From the sequence record MZ417521: a stretch of DNA of 64,000 nucleotides. One strand, given 5' to 3'. This stretch comes from Escherichia phage 132. Shown piece after piece: positions 43,778 to 54,877 of this stretch (positions are counted from its first letter, which is position 1; the number at the start of each line of letters is the position of its first letter). The notes beneath the pieces were generated by a model. That model searched no databases and was not told the origin of the DNA. It was given only the letters and a program-made list of their open reading frames with translations. The position numbers and the translations under genes were made by a program.

Positions 43778-44024
43778 AAAGTTCAACTACCTCTTCGGTT
43801 TCAGCTTCAAACACATCACGGTTATCTTTATGATACAAAGCTAACAGACGATTAAACATCTTACCATCAACGCCAAGTTCATCTTTAGCACGAATTCGAA
43901 TATCTTTAATCAATTCATTATAACCAGAAATTTTCAGTTTATGGTCAGATGCTTCTTTAATAAATTTAGCTAAGTCTTCGCCATGGATAGCTTCATCAAA
44001 TTCAACCATTTCTTTTTTAGCCAT
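43755..44024 (-). CDS. dsbA: DsbA double-stranded DNA-binding late transcription protein
   Basis: 89 aa, T4 gene order 33-dsbA-rnh. Confidence 0.85.
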   Translation of the reverse strand: MAKKEMVEFDEAIHGEDLAKFIKEASDHKLKISGYNELIKDIRIRAKDELGVDGKMFNRLLALYHKDNRDVFEAETEEVVELYDTVFSK

Positions 44025-44032
44025 TATTCACC

Positions 44033-44950
44033 TCAAAATTCATTAATGCTATTAGTTAATTTAGAAAGACCCGCTTTTACAAAATATGAATAAATTTTGC
44101 CACGCGGTGGTAATTTATATGAATTATAGTAATTCACAATGTTTGAAGCAATATTATCAGGAATATAATCAAAATCAATTAGAACTAAATTTTCTTTGTA
44201 TCGATTATATTCAGATTCGGTGAGAAGCACCTTAGCTTGCTCACGGTCATTAGCAATAGCTTCAACAATAGATGTTTTCATTGAAGGAGTTCGTTCACCT
44301 TCAACTCTGGTAAACCAAAAGTCAGATCGTACTTTAACTGAAGCGACGTTATCCTTTTTGTCGCCTTTAAGGATTTTAGTCATACAGTCAATTTCAGCAG
44401 AACCGCTTTTAATTTTAACCCATTTCTTGTGCATCGGTGACCATTGCTTAACATTTGGGTATTTATGAAGTTGAGTAAAGTCACCATCCGATGAAATGAT
44501 TAAAATCTTATGTCCTTCTAAAGAGAACTTTTTAACAAGAACAGCAATATGGTCATCTGCTTCATACTTATCAATATCCATAACAATGTATGGCATATAA
44601 GCTTTCAATTCATCTATAACTTTATGGCTGGATTCAAAATAACCTTCCCAGTCCCAAGTAGATTCTTCTCGTGCTTTTCCACGGTTTTTCTTATAGTAAT
44701 AAGCAAAATCACGACGCCAGTATCCAGATTTCGCGTTATCGATACACAGTACAATTTTAGTGTATCCAAGAGTTTTTGCTTTTTTGACATTAAACTTAAT
44801 TGAGTTCAATATCAAATGACGAACCATTGATAAATTAATTTTTTCTTTATCTGGAAAGTTTACTAAAGCAGTCGAAAGTGCAATTTGACTAAAGTCAATT
44901 AAGCAAATTCCTTCTTTGTAATCTTCATCCAGCATCATTTCTAAATCCAT
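44033..44950 (-). CDS. rnh: RNase H (5'-3' exonuclease, FEN-1 family)
   Basis: 305 aa from MDLEMMLDEDYKEG (track ORF extends 5 codons). Confidence 0.92.
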   Translation of the reverse strand: MDLEMMLDEDYKEGICLIDFSQIALSTALVNFPDKEKINLSMVRHLILNSIKFNVKKAKTLGYTKIVLCIDNAKSGYWRRDFAYYYKKNRGKAREESTWDWEGYFESSHKVIDELKAYMPYIVMDIDKYEADDHIAVLVKKFSLEGHKILIISSDGDFTQLHKYPNVKQWSPMHKKWVKIKSGSAEIDCMTKILKGDKKDNVASVKVRSDFWFTRVEGERTPSMKTSIVEAIANDREQAKVLLTESEYNRYKENLVLIDFDYIPDNIASNIVNYYNSYKLPPRGKIYSYFVKAGLSKLTNSINEF

Positions 44951-45012
44951 ATGAACCTCGTTCAATTAGTGAGATTTCTATTATATACCATCCAAATCTT
45001 AAAGTAAACAAG

Positions 45013-45020
45013 TATAAATA
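45013..45020 (+). promoter_or_regulatory. Late promoter TATAAATA for gene 34
   Basis: Exact TATAAATA 35 nt upstream of gene 34 ATG. Confidence 0.65.
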
Positions 45021-45054
45021 CTTATTATTGAAAACACAATAGGAGCCCGGGAGA

Positions 45055-48000
45055 ATGGCCGAGATTAAAAGAAAGTTCAGAGCAGAAGACGGTCTGGACG
45101 CAGGTGGCGATAAAATAATCAACGTAGCTTTAGCTGATCGTACCGTAGGAACTGACGGTGTTAACGTTGATTACTTAATTCAAGAAAACACAGTTCAACA
45201 ATACGATCCAACTCGTGGATATTTAAAAGATTTTGTAATCATTTATGATAACCGCTTTTGGGCTGCTATAAATGATATTCCAAAACCAGCAGGAGCTTTT
45301 AATAGTGTACGCTGGAGAGCATTACGTACTGATGCTAATTGGACAACTGTTTCATCAGGACCTTATCAATTAAAGTCAGGCGAATCAATTTCAGTTGATA
45401 CTGCAGCTGGTAATGACATTACATTTACTTTACCATCTTCCCCAATTGATGGAGATACTATCGTTCTCCAAGACATTGGAGGAAAACCTGGAGTTAACCA
45501 AGTTTTAATTACCGCTCCGGTGCAAAGCATTGTAAATTTTAGAGGTCAGCAAGTACGATCAGTACTAATGACTCATCCAAAATCGCAGATAGTTTTAATT
45601 TTTAGTAATCGTCTGTGGCAAATGTATGTTGCTGATTATAGCAGAGAAGCTGTAGTCGTAACACCGGCAAGTCTTTATCAGGCGCAATCTAACGATTTTA
45701 TCGTGCGTAGATTTACTTCCGCTGCGCCGATTAATATTAAACTTCCGAGATTTGCTAATCATGGCGATATTATTAATTTCGTCGATTTAGACAAATTAAA
45801 TCCACTTTATCATACAATTGTTACTACATACGATGAAACAACTTCAGTGCAAGAAGTTGGAACTCATTCCATTGAAGGCCGTACATCGATTGATGGTTTC
45901 TTGATGTATGATGATAATGAAAAATTGTGGAGATTGTTTGACGGGGATAGTAAAGCACGTTTACGTATTATAACAACTAATTCTAGTATTCGTCCAAATG
46001 AAGAAGTTATGGTATTTGGAGCGAATAACGGAACAACCCAAACAATTGAACTTCAGCTTCCAACCGATATTTCCATTGGTGATACTGTTAAAATTTCCAT
46101 GAATTATATGAGAAAAGGACAAACAGTTAAAATCAAAGCTGCTGGTGAAGATAAAATTGCTTCTTCAGTTCAATTGCTGCAATTCCCAAAACGTTCAGAA
46201 TATCCACCTGAAGCTGAATGGGTGACTGTTCAAGAATTAGTTTTTAACGGCGAAACCAATTATGTTCCAGTTTTACAGCTTGCTTATATAGAAGATTCTG
46301 ATGGAAAATACTGGGTGGTGCAGCAAAACGTGCCAACAGTTGAAAGAGTTGATTCTTTAAATGATTCTACTAGAGCAAGATTAGGCGTAATTGCTTTAGC
46401 TACACAAGCTCAAGCAAATGCTGATTTAGAAAATTCTCCGCAAAAAGAATTAGCAATTACTCCAGAAACATTAGCTAACCGTACTGCTACAGAAACTCGT
46501 AGAGGTATCGCAAGAATAGCAACTACTTCCCAAGTGAACCAGGATACTACATTCTCTTTTGCTGATGATATTATCATCACTCCTAAAAAGCTGAATGAAA
46601 GAACTGCTACAGAAACTCGTAGAGGCGTTGCTGAAATTGCTACACAACAAGAAACTAATGCAGGTACTGATGATGCTACAATCATCACTCCTAAAAAGCT
46701 TCAAGCTCGACAAGGTTCTGAGTCATTATCTGGTATTGTAACCTTTGTATCTACTGCAGGAGCTACTCCAGCTTCTAGTCGTGAATTAAATGGTACAAAC
46801 GTTTATAATAAAAACACTAATAATTTAGTTGTTTCGCCTAAAGCTTTGGATCAGTATAAAGCTACTCCAACCCAACAAGGTGCAGTAATTTTAGCAGTTG
46901 AAAGTGAAGTAATTGCTGGACAAAGCCAAGAAGGATGGGCAAATGCGGTTGTAACGCCAGAAACGCTACATAAAAAGACATCAACTGATGCAAGAATTGG
47001 TTTAATTGAAATTGCTACGCAAAGTGAAGTTAATACAGGAACTGATTATACTCGTGCAGTCACTCCTAAAACTTTAAATGACCGTAAAGCAACTGAAAGT
47101 TTAAGTGGTATAGCTGAAATTGCTACACAAGTTGAATTCGACGCAGGCGTCGACGATACTCGTATCTCTACACCATTAAAAATTAAAACCAGATTTAATA
47201 GTACTGATCGTACTTCTGTTGTTGCTCTATCTGGATTAGTTGAATCAGGAACTCTCTGGGACCATTATACCCTTAATATTCTTGAAGCAAATGAGACACA
47301 ACGTGGTACACTTCGTGTAGCTACGCAAGTTGAAGCTGCTGCAGGAACATTAGATAATGTTCTAATAACTCCTAAAAAGCTTTTAGGTACTAAATCTACT
47401 GAAGCGCAAGAAGGTGTTATTAAAGTTGCAACTCAGTCTGAAACTGTGACTGGAACATCAGCAAATACTGCTGTATCTCCAAAAAATTTAAAATGGATTG
47501 TGCAGAGTGAACCTACTTGGGCAGCAACTACTGCGATAAGGGGCTTTGTTAAAACTTCATCTGGTTCAATTACATTCGTTGGTAATGATACAGTAGGTTC
47601 TACCCAAGATTTAGAACTGTATGAGAAAAATAGTTATGCAGTATCACCATATGAATTAAACCGTGTATTAGCAAATTATTTGCCATTAAAAGCAAAAGCG
47701 GTAGATAGTAATTTATTGGATGGTCTAGATTCATCTCAGTTCATTCGTAGGGACATTGCGCAGACAGTTAATGGTTCACTAACCTTAACCCAACAAACGA
47801 ATCTGAGTGCCCCTCTTGTATCATCTAGTACTGCTACGTTTGGTGGATCAGTTACAGCAGATAGTGTACTAACTATTTCTAATACTGGAACAGAAACTCA
47901 TCTGATTTTTGAGAAAGGACCTCAAACTGGAACTAACCAAGCACAGACGGTGACTATTAGAGTGTGGGGTAATCAATTTAGTGGGGAATCAGATGCAACA

Positions 48001-48924
48001 CGTTCTACTGTATTTGAAGTTGCCGATGAAACATCTTATCACTTTTATTCTCAGCGCGAAAAAGCTGGAAATATAACGTTTAGCATTAATGGTACTGTAA
48101 TGCCAATAAATGTGAATGCTTTAGGTTCTTTGAACGCGAACGGCGTTGCAACATTTGGTAGTTCAGTTACAGCCAATGGTGAATTCATTAGCAAGTCTGC
48201 AAATGCCTTTAGAGCAATAAATGGTGATTATGGATTCTTTATTCGCAATGATGGATCAGTAACGAATTTTATGCTTACTGCATCGGGTGATCAGACTGGT
48301 GGATTTAATGGATTACGTCCTTTAGCTATTAATAATGCATCTGGCCAAGTAACGATTGGTGAAAGCTTAATCATTGCCAAAGGTGCTACTATAAATTCAG
48401 GTGGTTTGACTGTTAACTCGAGAATTCGTTCTCAGGGTACTAAAACATCTGATTTATACACCCGCGCACCAACATCTGATACAGTAGGATTCTGGTCAAT
48501 CGATATTAACGATTCAGCCACTTATAACCAGTTCCCTGGTTATTTTAAAATGGTTGAAAAAACTAATGAAGTGACTGGGCTTCCATACTTAGAACGCGGT
48601 GAAGAGGTTAAATCTCCTGGTACGCTGACTCAATTTGGTAACACACTCGATTCGCTTTACCAAGATTGGATTACTTATCCAACGACCCCAGAAGCGCGCA
48701 CCACTCGCTGGACGCGTACATGGCAGAAAACCAAAAATTCTTGGTCAAGCTTTGTTCAGGTATTTGATGGAGGTAACCCTCCTCAGCCATCTGATATCGG
48801 TGCTTTACCATCTGATAATGCTATAATGGGGAATCTTACTATTCGTGATTTCTTACGAATTGGTAATGTTCGCATTATTCCTGACCCAGTGAATAAAACG
48901 GTTAAATTTGAATGGGTTGAATAA
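45055..48924 (+). CDS. 34: Long tail fibre proximal subunit gp34
   Basis: 1289 aa, same as T4 gp34. Confidence 0.96.
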   Translation: MAEIKRKFRAEDGLDAGGDKIINVALADRTVGTDGVNVDYLIQENTVQQYDPTRGYLKDFVIIYDNRFWAAINDIPKPAGAFNSVRWRALRTDANWTTVSSGPYQLKSGESISVDTAAGNDITFTLPSSPIDGDTIVLQDIGGKPGVNQVLITAPVQSIVNFRGQQVRSVLMTHPKSQIVLIFSNRLWQMYVADYSREAVVVTPASLYQAQSNDFIVRRFTSAAPINIKLPRFANHGDIINFVDLDKLNPLYHTIVTTYDETTSVQEVGTHSIEGRTSIDGFLMYDDNEKLWRLFDGDSKARLRIITTNSSIRPNEEVMVFGANNGTTQTIELQLPTDISIGDTVKISMNYMRKGQTVKIKAAGEDKIASSVQLLQFPKRSEYPPEAEWVTVQELVFNGETNYVPVLQLAYIEDSDGKYWVVQQNVPTVERVDSLNDSTRARLGVIALATQAQANADLENSPQKELAITPETLANRTATETRRGIARIATTSQVNQDTTFSFADDIIITPKKLNERTATETRRGVAEIATQQETNAGTDDATIITPKKLQARQGSESLSGIVTFVSTAGATPASSRELNGTNVYNKNTNNLVVSPKALDQYKATPTQQGAVILAVESEVIAGQSQEGWANAVVTPETLHKKTSTDARIGLIEIATQSEVNTGTDYTRAVTPKTLNDRKATESLSGIAEIATQVEFDAGVDDTRISTPLKIKTRFNSTDRTSVVALSGLVESGTLWDHYTLNILEANETQRGTLRVATQVEAAAGTLDNVLITPKKLLGTKSTEAQEGVIKVATQSETVTGTSANTAVSPKNLKWIVQSEPTWAATTAIRGFVKTSSGSITFVGNDTVGSTQDLELYEKNSYAVSPYELNRVLANYLPLKAKAVDSNLLDGLDSSQFIRRDIAQTVNGSLTLTQQTNLSAPLVSSSTATFGGSVTADSVLTISNTGTETHLIFEKGPQTGTNQAQTVTIRVWGNQFSGESDATRSTVFEVADETSYHFYSQREKAGNITFSINGTVMPINVNALGSLNANGVATFGSSVTANGEFISKSANAFRAINGDYGFFIRNDGSVTNFMLTASGDQTGGFNGLRPLAINNASGQVTIGESLIIAKGATINSGGLTVNSRIRSQGTKTSDLYTRAPTSDTVGFWSIDINDSATYNQFPGYFKMVEKTNEVTGLPYLERGEEVKSPGTLTQFGNTLDSLYQDWITYPTTPEARTTRWTRTWQKTKNSWSSFVQVFDGGNPPQPSDIGALPSDNAIMGNLTIRDFLRIGNVRIIPDPVNKTVKFEWVE

Positions 48925-48932
48925 GAGGTATT

Positions 48933-50051
48933 ATGGAAAAATTTATGGCAGAGTTTGGACAAGGATATGTCCAAACGCCATTTTTATCGGAAAGCAATTC
49001 AGTAAGATATAAAATAAGTATAGCGGGTTCTTGCCCGCTTTCTACTGCAGAAGGACCATACGTTAAATTTCAGGATAATCCTGTTGGAAGTCAAACATTT
49101 AGCGCAGGACTTCATTTAAGAGTTTTTGACCCTTCTACAGGAGCATTAGTTGATAGTAAGTCATATGCTTTTTCGGCTTCAAATGATACTACATCAGCTG
49201 CTTTTGTTGGTTTCATGAACTCTTTGACGAATAATAGACTTGTTGCTATATTAACTAACGGAAAAGTTAATTTTCCTCCTGAGGTAGTATCTTGGATAAG
49301 AACCGCAGGAACGTCTGCTTTTCCATCTGATTCTGTATTGTCAAGATTTGACGTATCATATGCTGCCTTTTATACTTCTTCTAAAAGAGCTATTGCATTG
49401 GAACATGTTAAACTAAGTAATAGAAAAAGCACAGATGACTATCAAACTATTTTAGATGTTGTATTTGATAGTTTAGAAGACGTCGGAGCTACAGGATTTC
49501 CTAAAAGAACATATGAAAGTGTCGAGCAATTTATGTCAGCAGTTGGTGGAACTAATAACGAAATTGCGCGATTACCAACTTCAGCTGCTATAAGTAAACT
49601 ATCTGATTATAATTTAATTCCTGGTGATGTTCTTTATCTTAAAGCACAGTTATATGCTGATGCCGATTTACTTGCGCTTGGAACTACAAATATATCTATC
49701 CGTTTTTATGATGAATCGAATGGATATATTTCTTCAACACACGCTGAGTTTACTGGTCAAGCTGGGTCATGGGAATTAAAGGAAGACTATGTAGTTGTTC
49801 CTGAAAATGCAGTAGGATTTACGATATATGCACAAAGAACTGCCCAAGCAGGTCAAGGAGGCATGAGAAATTTAAGCTTTTCTGAAGTATCAAGAAATGG
49901 CGGAATTTCAAAACCTGCTGAATTTGGCGTCAATGGTATTCGAGTTAATTATGTCTGTGAATCTGCTTCACCTCCAGATATAATGGTACTTCCTACACAA
50001 GCATCGTCTAAAACTGGTAAAGTGTTTGGACAAGAATTTAGAGAAGTTTAA
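48933..50051 (+). CDS. 35: Long tail fibre hinge connector gp35
   Basis: 372 aa. Confidence 0.93.
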   Translation: MEKFMAEFGQGYVQTPFLSESNSVRYKISIAGSCPLSTAEGPYVKFQDNPVGSQTFSAGLHLRVFDPSTGALVDSKSYAFSASNDTTSAAFVGFMNSLTNNRLVAILTNGKVNFPPEVVSWIRTAGTSAFPSDSVLSRFDVSYAAFYTSSKRAIALEHVKLSNRKSTDDYQTILDVVFDSLEDVGATGFPKRTYESVEQFMSAVGGTNNEIARLPTSAAISKLSDYNLIPGDVLYLKAQLYADADLLALGTTNISIRFYDESNGYISSTHAEFTGQAGSWELKEDYVVVPENAVGFTIYAQRTAQAGQGGMRNLSFSEVSRNGGISKPAEFGVNGIRVNYVCESASPPDIMVLPTQASSKTGKVFGQEFREV

Positions 50052-50057
50052 ATTGAG

Positions 50058-50075
50058 GGAGCCTTCGGGTTCCCT
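50058..50075 (+). terminator. Hairpin GGGAGCC-TTCG-GGTTCCC with T-run after gene 35
   Basis: GC stem with UUCG loop followed by ttttt. Confidence 0.6.
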
Positions 50076-50083
50076 TTTTCTTT

Positions 50084-50091
50084 ATAAATAC
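50084..50091 (+). promoter_or_regulatory. Late promoter TATAAATA for gene 36
   Basis: Exact TATAAATA 24 nt upstream of gene 36 ATG. Confidence 0.65.
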
Positions 50092-50114
50092 TATTAAAAT
50101 AAAGGGGCAATACA

Positions 50115-50804
50115 ATGGCTGATTTAAAAGTAGGTTCAACAACTGGAGGCTCTGTCATTTGGCATCAAGGAAATTTTCCATTGAATCCAGCCGGTGACGA
50201 TGTACTCTATAAATCATTTAAAATATATTCAGAATACAATAAACCACAGGCAACTGATAACGATTTCGTTTCTAAAGCTAATGGTGGCACAAAGTCTCAA
50301 GGTTTCCAAAAAGAAGTAGAATTTAAAGAAGGCGTTAAGATTTCTGCAACGTTTTCTGGCGGTTCAGACCTGAATGGGTTATATTCTGGCAATGGAGATG
50401 GAGCTTCCAGAGAAAAAGCTAACATGGATTTACGTTCATGGTACGGCATTGGTATTTGGAACACATGCACAAGCGATGGGATCCAGGGACGCACAATCTG
50501 GTTTAATGCCAGGAGTGGTAAAGTTGAAACAGTTGGCAATATTGTTTCTGGCCAACAAGTTATTTCTAATGCTTCAGTACCGACCGGCCCAGCACACTTA
50601 ACTCGCAAAGATTATGTCGATGGAGCAATAAATATTGTTACAGCAAACGCAAACTCTAGAGTATTACGCTCTGGAGATACTATGACAGGAAATTTAACTG
50701 CGCCAAACCTTTTTTCACAGAATCCTGCATCTCAACCCTCGCATGTTCCACGATTTGATCAAATTGTTATTAAGGATTCTGTTCAAGATTTCGGCTATTA
50801 TTAA
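50115..50804 (+). CDS. 36: Long tail fibre distal connector gp36
   Basis: 229 aa. Confidence 0.92.
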   Translation: MADLKVGSTTGGSVIWHQGNFPLNPAGDDVLYKSFKIYSEYNKPQATDNDFVSKANGGTKSQGFQKEVEFKEGVKISATFSGGSDLNGLYSGNGDGASREKANMDLRSWYGIGIWNTCTSDGIQGRTIWFNARSGKVETVGNIVSGQQVISNASVPTGPAHLTRKDYVDGAINIVTANANSRVLRSGDTMTGNLTAPNLFSQNPASQPSHVPRFDQIVIKDSVQDFGYY

Positions 50805-50812
50805 GAGGACTT

Positions 50813-53800
50813 ATGGCTACTTTAAAACAAATACAATTTAAAAGAAGCAAAACCGCAGGAGCACGTCCTGCCGCTTCAGTATTAGCCGAAGGTGAATTGG
50901 CTATAAACTTAAAAGACCGTGTACTTTTTACTAAAGACGATCAAGGGAATATCATTGATCTGGGTTTTGCTAAGGGTGGTAGTATTGACGGGAATGTTAT
51001 TCATATAGGAAACTATAATCAAACCGGTGATTATGCCCTGAAAGGTACTTTTACCCAAACAGGTAGTTATGCGGCATCCGGAAGTATAACAGCAAATGGT
51101 GATATTACTGCAAAAACCCGTTTAATGACAGATAATGGTGAAGTTCTTGTACGAGGTACAGGAACCACTCATGTTCGATTCCAGGATTTGGCTGATGCAC
51201 GTGAAAGAGGCATAATTTATTCACAATCACGCCCAGGAAATACCAAGCAAATCTTGAACGTTCGCGTCCAGGATTACGCTAATTCAACATCTAATATTTT
51301 TGCATTCAACGGTGATGGTTTATTTTATGCCCCATCTATTTCCGGCGGAACATCAGTAAAATCTCCAGTAATTTATACCAATACTGTTAATACAGACAGT
51401 AAGAATATTGGCGATTACGATATATCTTCATTAGCAAATAATAATTCTGACACAGATAAAAACTATTTGCGCATTGTACGTACCGATCCAGCGGCCGCAA
51501 TGCTCCATGAAATTTGCGAAAATAACGGCATAAGTTGGTATTCGGGTTCGACTCCAACTGAGTATATGTTGTCATTTTCTTATTCTGGTGGGCTTCAAGC
51601 AGGCCATTCAATTGCAGTAGGTATGGAATCAATGCCTATGACATATTCAGCCTTAGGTAAAGGTTCTATTGCTCTTGGCGATAATGATACCGGGCTAAAA
51701 TGGCATCAGGATGGATATTTCTATACAGTAAACAACGGAACAAGAACTTTCATCTATGGTCCAGGAGAAACGCAAAGCCTTAGAAAAATGGTTATGGCTT
51801 ATTCTCCAGATGGGCTTCTTATGACAACGCCACCGACAGAAAACTATGCTTTGGCTACTGTTGTTACTTACCATGATAATAACGCGTTTGGAGATGGTCA
51901 GACTCTTTTAGGATATTACCAAGGTGGTAATTATCATCATTATTTCCGCGGTAAGGGTACTACAAACATTAATACTCACGGCGGTTTATTAGTTACTCCA
52001 GGCAATATTGACGTTATTGGTGGTTCGGTTAATATTGATGGTCGTAATAATGCTTCTACTCTGATGTTTAGAGGTAACACAACTGGTAGCAGTTCAGTTG
52101 ATAATATGACAATTTCTGTATGGGGTAATACGTTTACTAATCCTAGTGTAGGTAATCGTAAAAACGTCATGGAAATTTCTGATGCAACTAGTTGGATGAG
52201 CTATATTCAAAGACTTACAACAGGTGAAGTAGAAATGAACGTTAACGGTTCATTTGAATCATCTGGTGTTACTGCTGGACATAGAGGAGTTCACACAACA
52301 GGTGAAATTTCATCTGGAGCAGTGAATGCGCTTCGCATTTGGAATGCAGATTATGGAGTCATTTTCCGTCGTTCAGAAAACAGTCTTCATATTATTCCGA
52401 CTGCTTACGGTGAAGGTAAAAATGGAAATATCGGTCCACTTCGCCCGTTCCGTATGGACCTTGATACAGGTAAAGTAAGTATTCCTAATATGGATACTAC
52501 TAATTTGACTATGAACTCAAATGGTTCTATTAAATTTACTGGTCATGGTAATGGTACCGAGCTGTATATTAATCAGTATGGGCAAGCGGCACCGATTTAT
52601 CAAGAAATTAATAATGATTCCGCTTCTGCTTATATTCCAATTATAAAACAGAAATACTTAAATGGCGGTATAATGTGGTCTATGGGAACAGAACTTAATT
52701 CCGGTGATTTTGTAATCCATAGAATTAATGCCGCCGGTGATGAAAACCAAATTATTAAATTTGATAGTAACTGCGTTCCGCATTTCCCGGATAACGTGCT
52801 GGTTGGCGGTGATATTAACATGAAAGGCGCGATGACTTTTGACGCCGGACGTTTAGGATCACGAGATTATTTTAAATTTAACCATTGGGGTGATAGTAAT
52901 AATGCTCGTGATAACATCATCCAGTTAGAAGATAGTCAAGGCGCCCATTTTTCCACTGAACGTACTTTAGCGACTGGTGCAATTAAAACTCGTTTCTTTG
53001 GCGAAACATTCACTGATGGTACATTATACCTAAATCAGATGAATAATAGCTCTGAACGATTCCATATCAATAATTGGGGAAATTCAGAAGTTGGTCGCGC
53101 GGCAGTGATGGAAGTCGGTGATTCCAAAGGTTATCACTTCTATACGGAACGCAGGACAGATAACAGTTTGACGTTTGATGTTGCTGGCGATTTTACTGTG
53201 CATGGATCTTCCGGGATTACTATCAAAACCTCTACTGGTGCTCGCCATGTTTGGTTTAGAGGTGATAGCGATATAGAAAAGGCTGTTATTTGGGCGACCA
53301 ATGATGGTATTTTACATATACGAAATAATTTTGGGGGTTCATTTAGTCATCACTTCCAGGGCGCAATGATTAAAGCGGGAGAGCGTGTTCCTTATGCCGG
53401 AGATCAAGGGCTTATTCGCGGTGAAGTTTCTGGTGGTGCTTATGTGGATTGGAGAGGCCGCCCTGCTGGTTTGTTGCTTGACTGTCAACAAAGCGTTGAT
53501 AGTGCTCATGCTATTTGGAAAGCGGTTGATTGGGGGCGTAACTACATCGCTGCTCTGGACGTTCATATGCCCGGTAATAGTAATAATACTGCAGCAGCGG
53601 TTCTCCATGTTCAGTCTGCTGATTATCAATTCCATGCAAGTGGAGAATTTCATGCCACTGGTAACGGAAGCTTTAACGATGTGTATATTCGTTCTGACCG
53701 TCGCCTTAAAGACAATATAGAAGATTATACAGGAAATGCAACTGATTTAATCGGTAAACTGAAAGTTAAAACCTACGATAAAGTTAAATCATTATCCGAC

Positions 53801-54046
53801 CGTGAAATTATCGGTCATGAGATCGGCATTATCGCACAGGATTTACAAGAAATATTACCAGAAGCGATTAATATTTCGAAAATTGGCAATCTTGATAAAC
53901 CAGACGAAGTTCTGACAATTTCTAACTCTGCTGTGAATGCTCTTTTAATTAAGGCCATTCAGGAAATGAGTGAAGAAATTAAAGAATTGAAAACGCCTTT
54001 CTTCACTAAAATTGCTCGCAAAATTGGTAAATACTTTAAATTCTAA
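50813..54046 (+). CDS. 37: Long tail fibre distal subunit gp37 with C-terminal autoproteolytic chaperone-type domain
   Basis: 1077 aa; C-terminal YIRSDRRLKDNIEDY matches the S-D-x-x-x-K self-cleavage signature of intramolecular chaperone domains. Confidence 0.93.
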   Translation: MATLKQIQFKRSKTAGARPAASVLAEGELAINLKDRVLFTKDDQGNIIDLGFAKGGSIDGNVIHIGNYNQTGDYALKGTFTQTGSYAASGSITANGDITAKTRLMTDNGEVLVRGTGTTHVRFQDLADARERGIIYSQSRPGNTKQILNVRVQDYANSTSNIFAFNGDGLFYAPSISGGTSVKSPVIYTNTVNTDSKNIGDYDISSLANNNSDTDKNYLRIVRTDPAAAMLHEICENNGISWYSGSTPTEYMLSFSYSGGLQAGHSIAVGMESMPMTYSALGKGSIALGDNDTGLKWHQDGYFYTVNNGTRTFIYGPGETQSLRKMVMAYSPDGLLMTTPPTENYALATVVTYHDNNAFGDGQTLLGYYQGGNYHHYFRGKGTTNINTHGGLLVTPGNIDVIGGSVNIDGRNNASTLMFRGNTTGSSSVDNMTISVWGNTFTNPSVGNRKNVMEISDATSWMSYIQRLTTGEVEMNVNGSFESSGVTAGHRGVHTTGEISSGAVNALRIWNADYGVIFRRSENSLHIIPTAYGEGKNGNIGPLRPFRMDLDTGKVSIPNMDTTNLTMNSNGSIKFTGHGNGTELYINQYGQAAPIYQEINNDSASAYIPIIKQKYLNGGIMWSMGTELNSGDFVIHRINAAGDENQIIKFDSNCVPHFPDNVLVGGDINMKGAMTFDAGRLGSRDYFKFNHWGDSNNARDNIIQLEDSQGAHFSTERTLATGAIKTRFFGETFTDGTLYLNQMNNSSERFHINNWGNSEVGRAAVMEVGDSKGYHFYTERRTDNSLTFDVAGDFTVHGSSGITIKTSTGARHVWFRGDSDIEKAVIWATNDGILHIRNNFGGSFSHHFQGAMIKAGERVPYAGDQGLIRGEVSGGAYVDWRGRPAGLLLDCQQSVDSAHAIWKAVDWGRNYIAALDVHMPGNSNNTAAAVLHVQSADYQFHASGEFHATGNGSFNDVYIRSDRRLKDNIEDYTGNATDLIGKLKVKTYDKVKSLSDREIIGHEIGIIAQDLQEILPEAINISKIGNLDKPDEVLTISNSAVNALLIKAIQEMSEEIKELKTPFFTKIARKIGKYFKF

Positions 54047-54052
54047 TAACAA

Positions 54053-54065
54053 GGGGCATTGCCCC
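54053..54065 (+). terminator. Hairpin GGGGC-ATT-GCCCC after gene 37
   Basis: GC stem followed by ttt. Confidence 0.45.
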
Positions 54066-54079
54066 TTTGGAGATAAATT

Positions 54080-54859
54080 ATGGCAGTAGTTGGTGTTCCT
54101 GGTTGGATTGGAAGTTCATCCGTAAATGAAACAGGACAACGATGGATGAGTCAAGCGGCTGGTCAATTAAGATTGGGTGTTCCTTGCTGGATGAGTCAAT
54201 TTGCAGGACGCTCAAGAGAAATTATTCACACACTTGGAGCAGACCATAACTTCAATGGTCAATGGTTCCGAGATAGATGTTTTGAGGCAGGTAGTGCACC
54301 TATAGTGTTTAATATCACTGGAAATTTAGTATCATATAGTAAAGATGTTCCATTATTCTTTATGTATGGCGATACACCAAATGAATATGTTACTTTGAAT
54401 ATTCATGGTGGAGTTCATATGTGGGGACGAGGTGGTAACGGTACTGTAAATGGAAACCCAGGCACAAATGGCGGCGATGTAATCCAAAATGATATCGGCG
54501 GAAGACTTCGTATTTGGAACTATGGCGTTATTGCATCAGGCGGCGGTGGTGGTGGTGCAGTGTCATTACAGAATAGCTGGGCGCCAAATGCTACAGCAGG
54601 TGGCGGTGGTGGTAGACCATTTGGCATCGGCGGAGGCGGCGTTAATTGGCCGGGTGGTAATGCTAGTTATGACGCCCCGGGCGGTGCCGGTTACACTTCC
54701 CAATTCGGCGGAGGCAATGGCGGTGATGCTGGAGGTCGGGGCGGAGATGGATGGGGTAATCACTTATCTAGATCTGGCGGTGGTGCTCCTGGCAGAGCAG
54801 TATTCGGTTCTTCACCATCATGGGGCGCTACAGGCACGATCTACGGCTCCTGGATTTAA
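54080..54859 (+). CDS. 38: gp38 receptor-binding adhesin, T2-type with glycine-rich motifs
   Basis: 259 aa; four Gly-rich runs ([49 protein letters not shown]) separating variable segments. Confidence 0.88.
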   Translation: MAVVGVPGWIGSSSVNETGQRWMSQAAGQLRLGVPCWMSQFAGRSREIIHTLGADHNFNGQWFRDRCFEAGSAPIVFNITGNLVSYSKDVPLFFMYGDTPNEYVTLNIHGGVHMWGRGGNGTVNGNPGTNGGDVIQNDIGGRLRIWNYGVIASGGGGGGAVSLQNSWAPNATAGGGGGRPFGIGGGGVNWPGGNASYDAPGGAGYTSQFGGGNGGDAGGRGGDGWGNHLSRSGGGAPGRAVFGSSPSWGATGTIYGSWI

Positions 54860-54877
54860 ACGATAATACCTCTCAGT

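Noticed and set aside
54489-54866. Repetitive GGTGG/GGCGG tracts and an alternative-frame 125-aa ORF inside gene 38, which look superficially like a repeat array
   Set aside because: The repeats are in-frame glycine codons of the gp38 glycine-rich motifs; there are no regular spacers or CRISPR-like repeat structure, and the alternative-frame ORF is a by-product of the GC-rich glycine codons.
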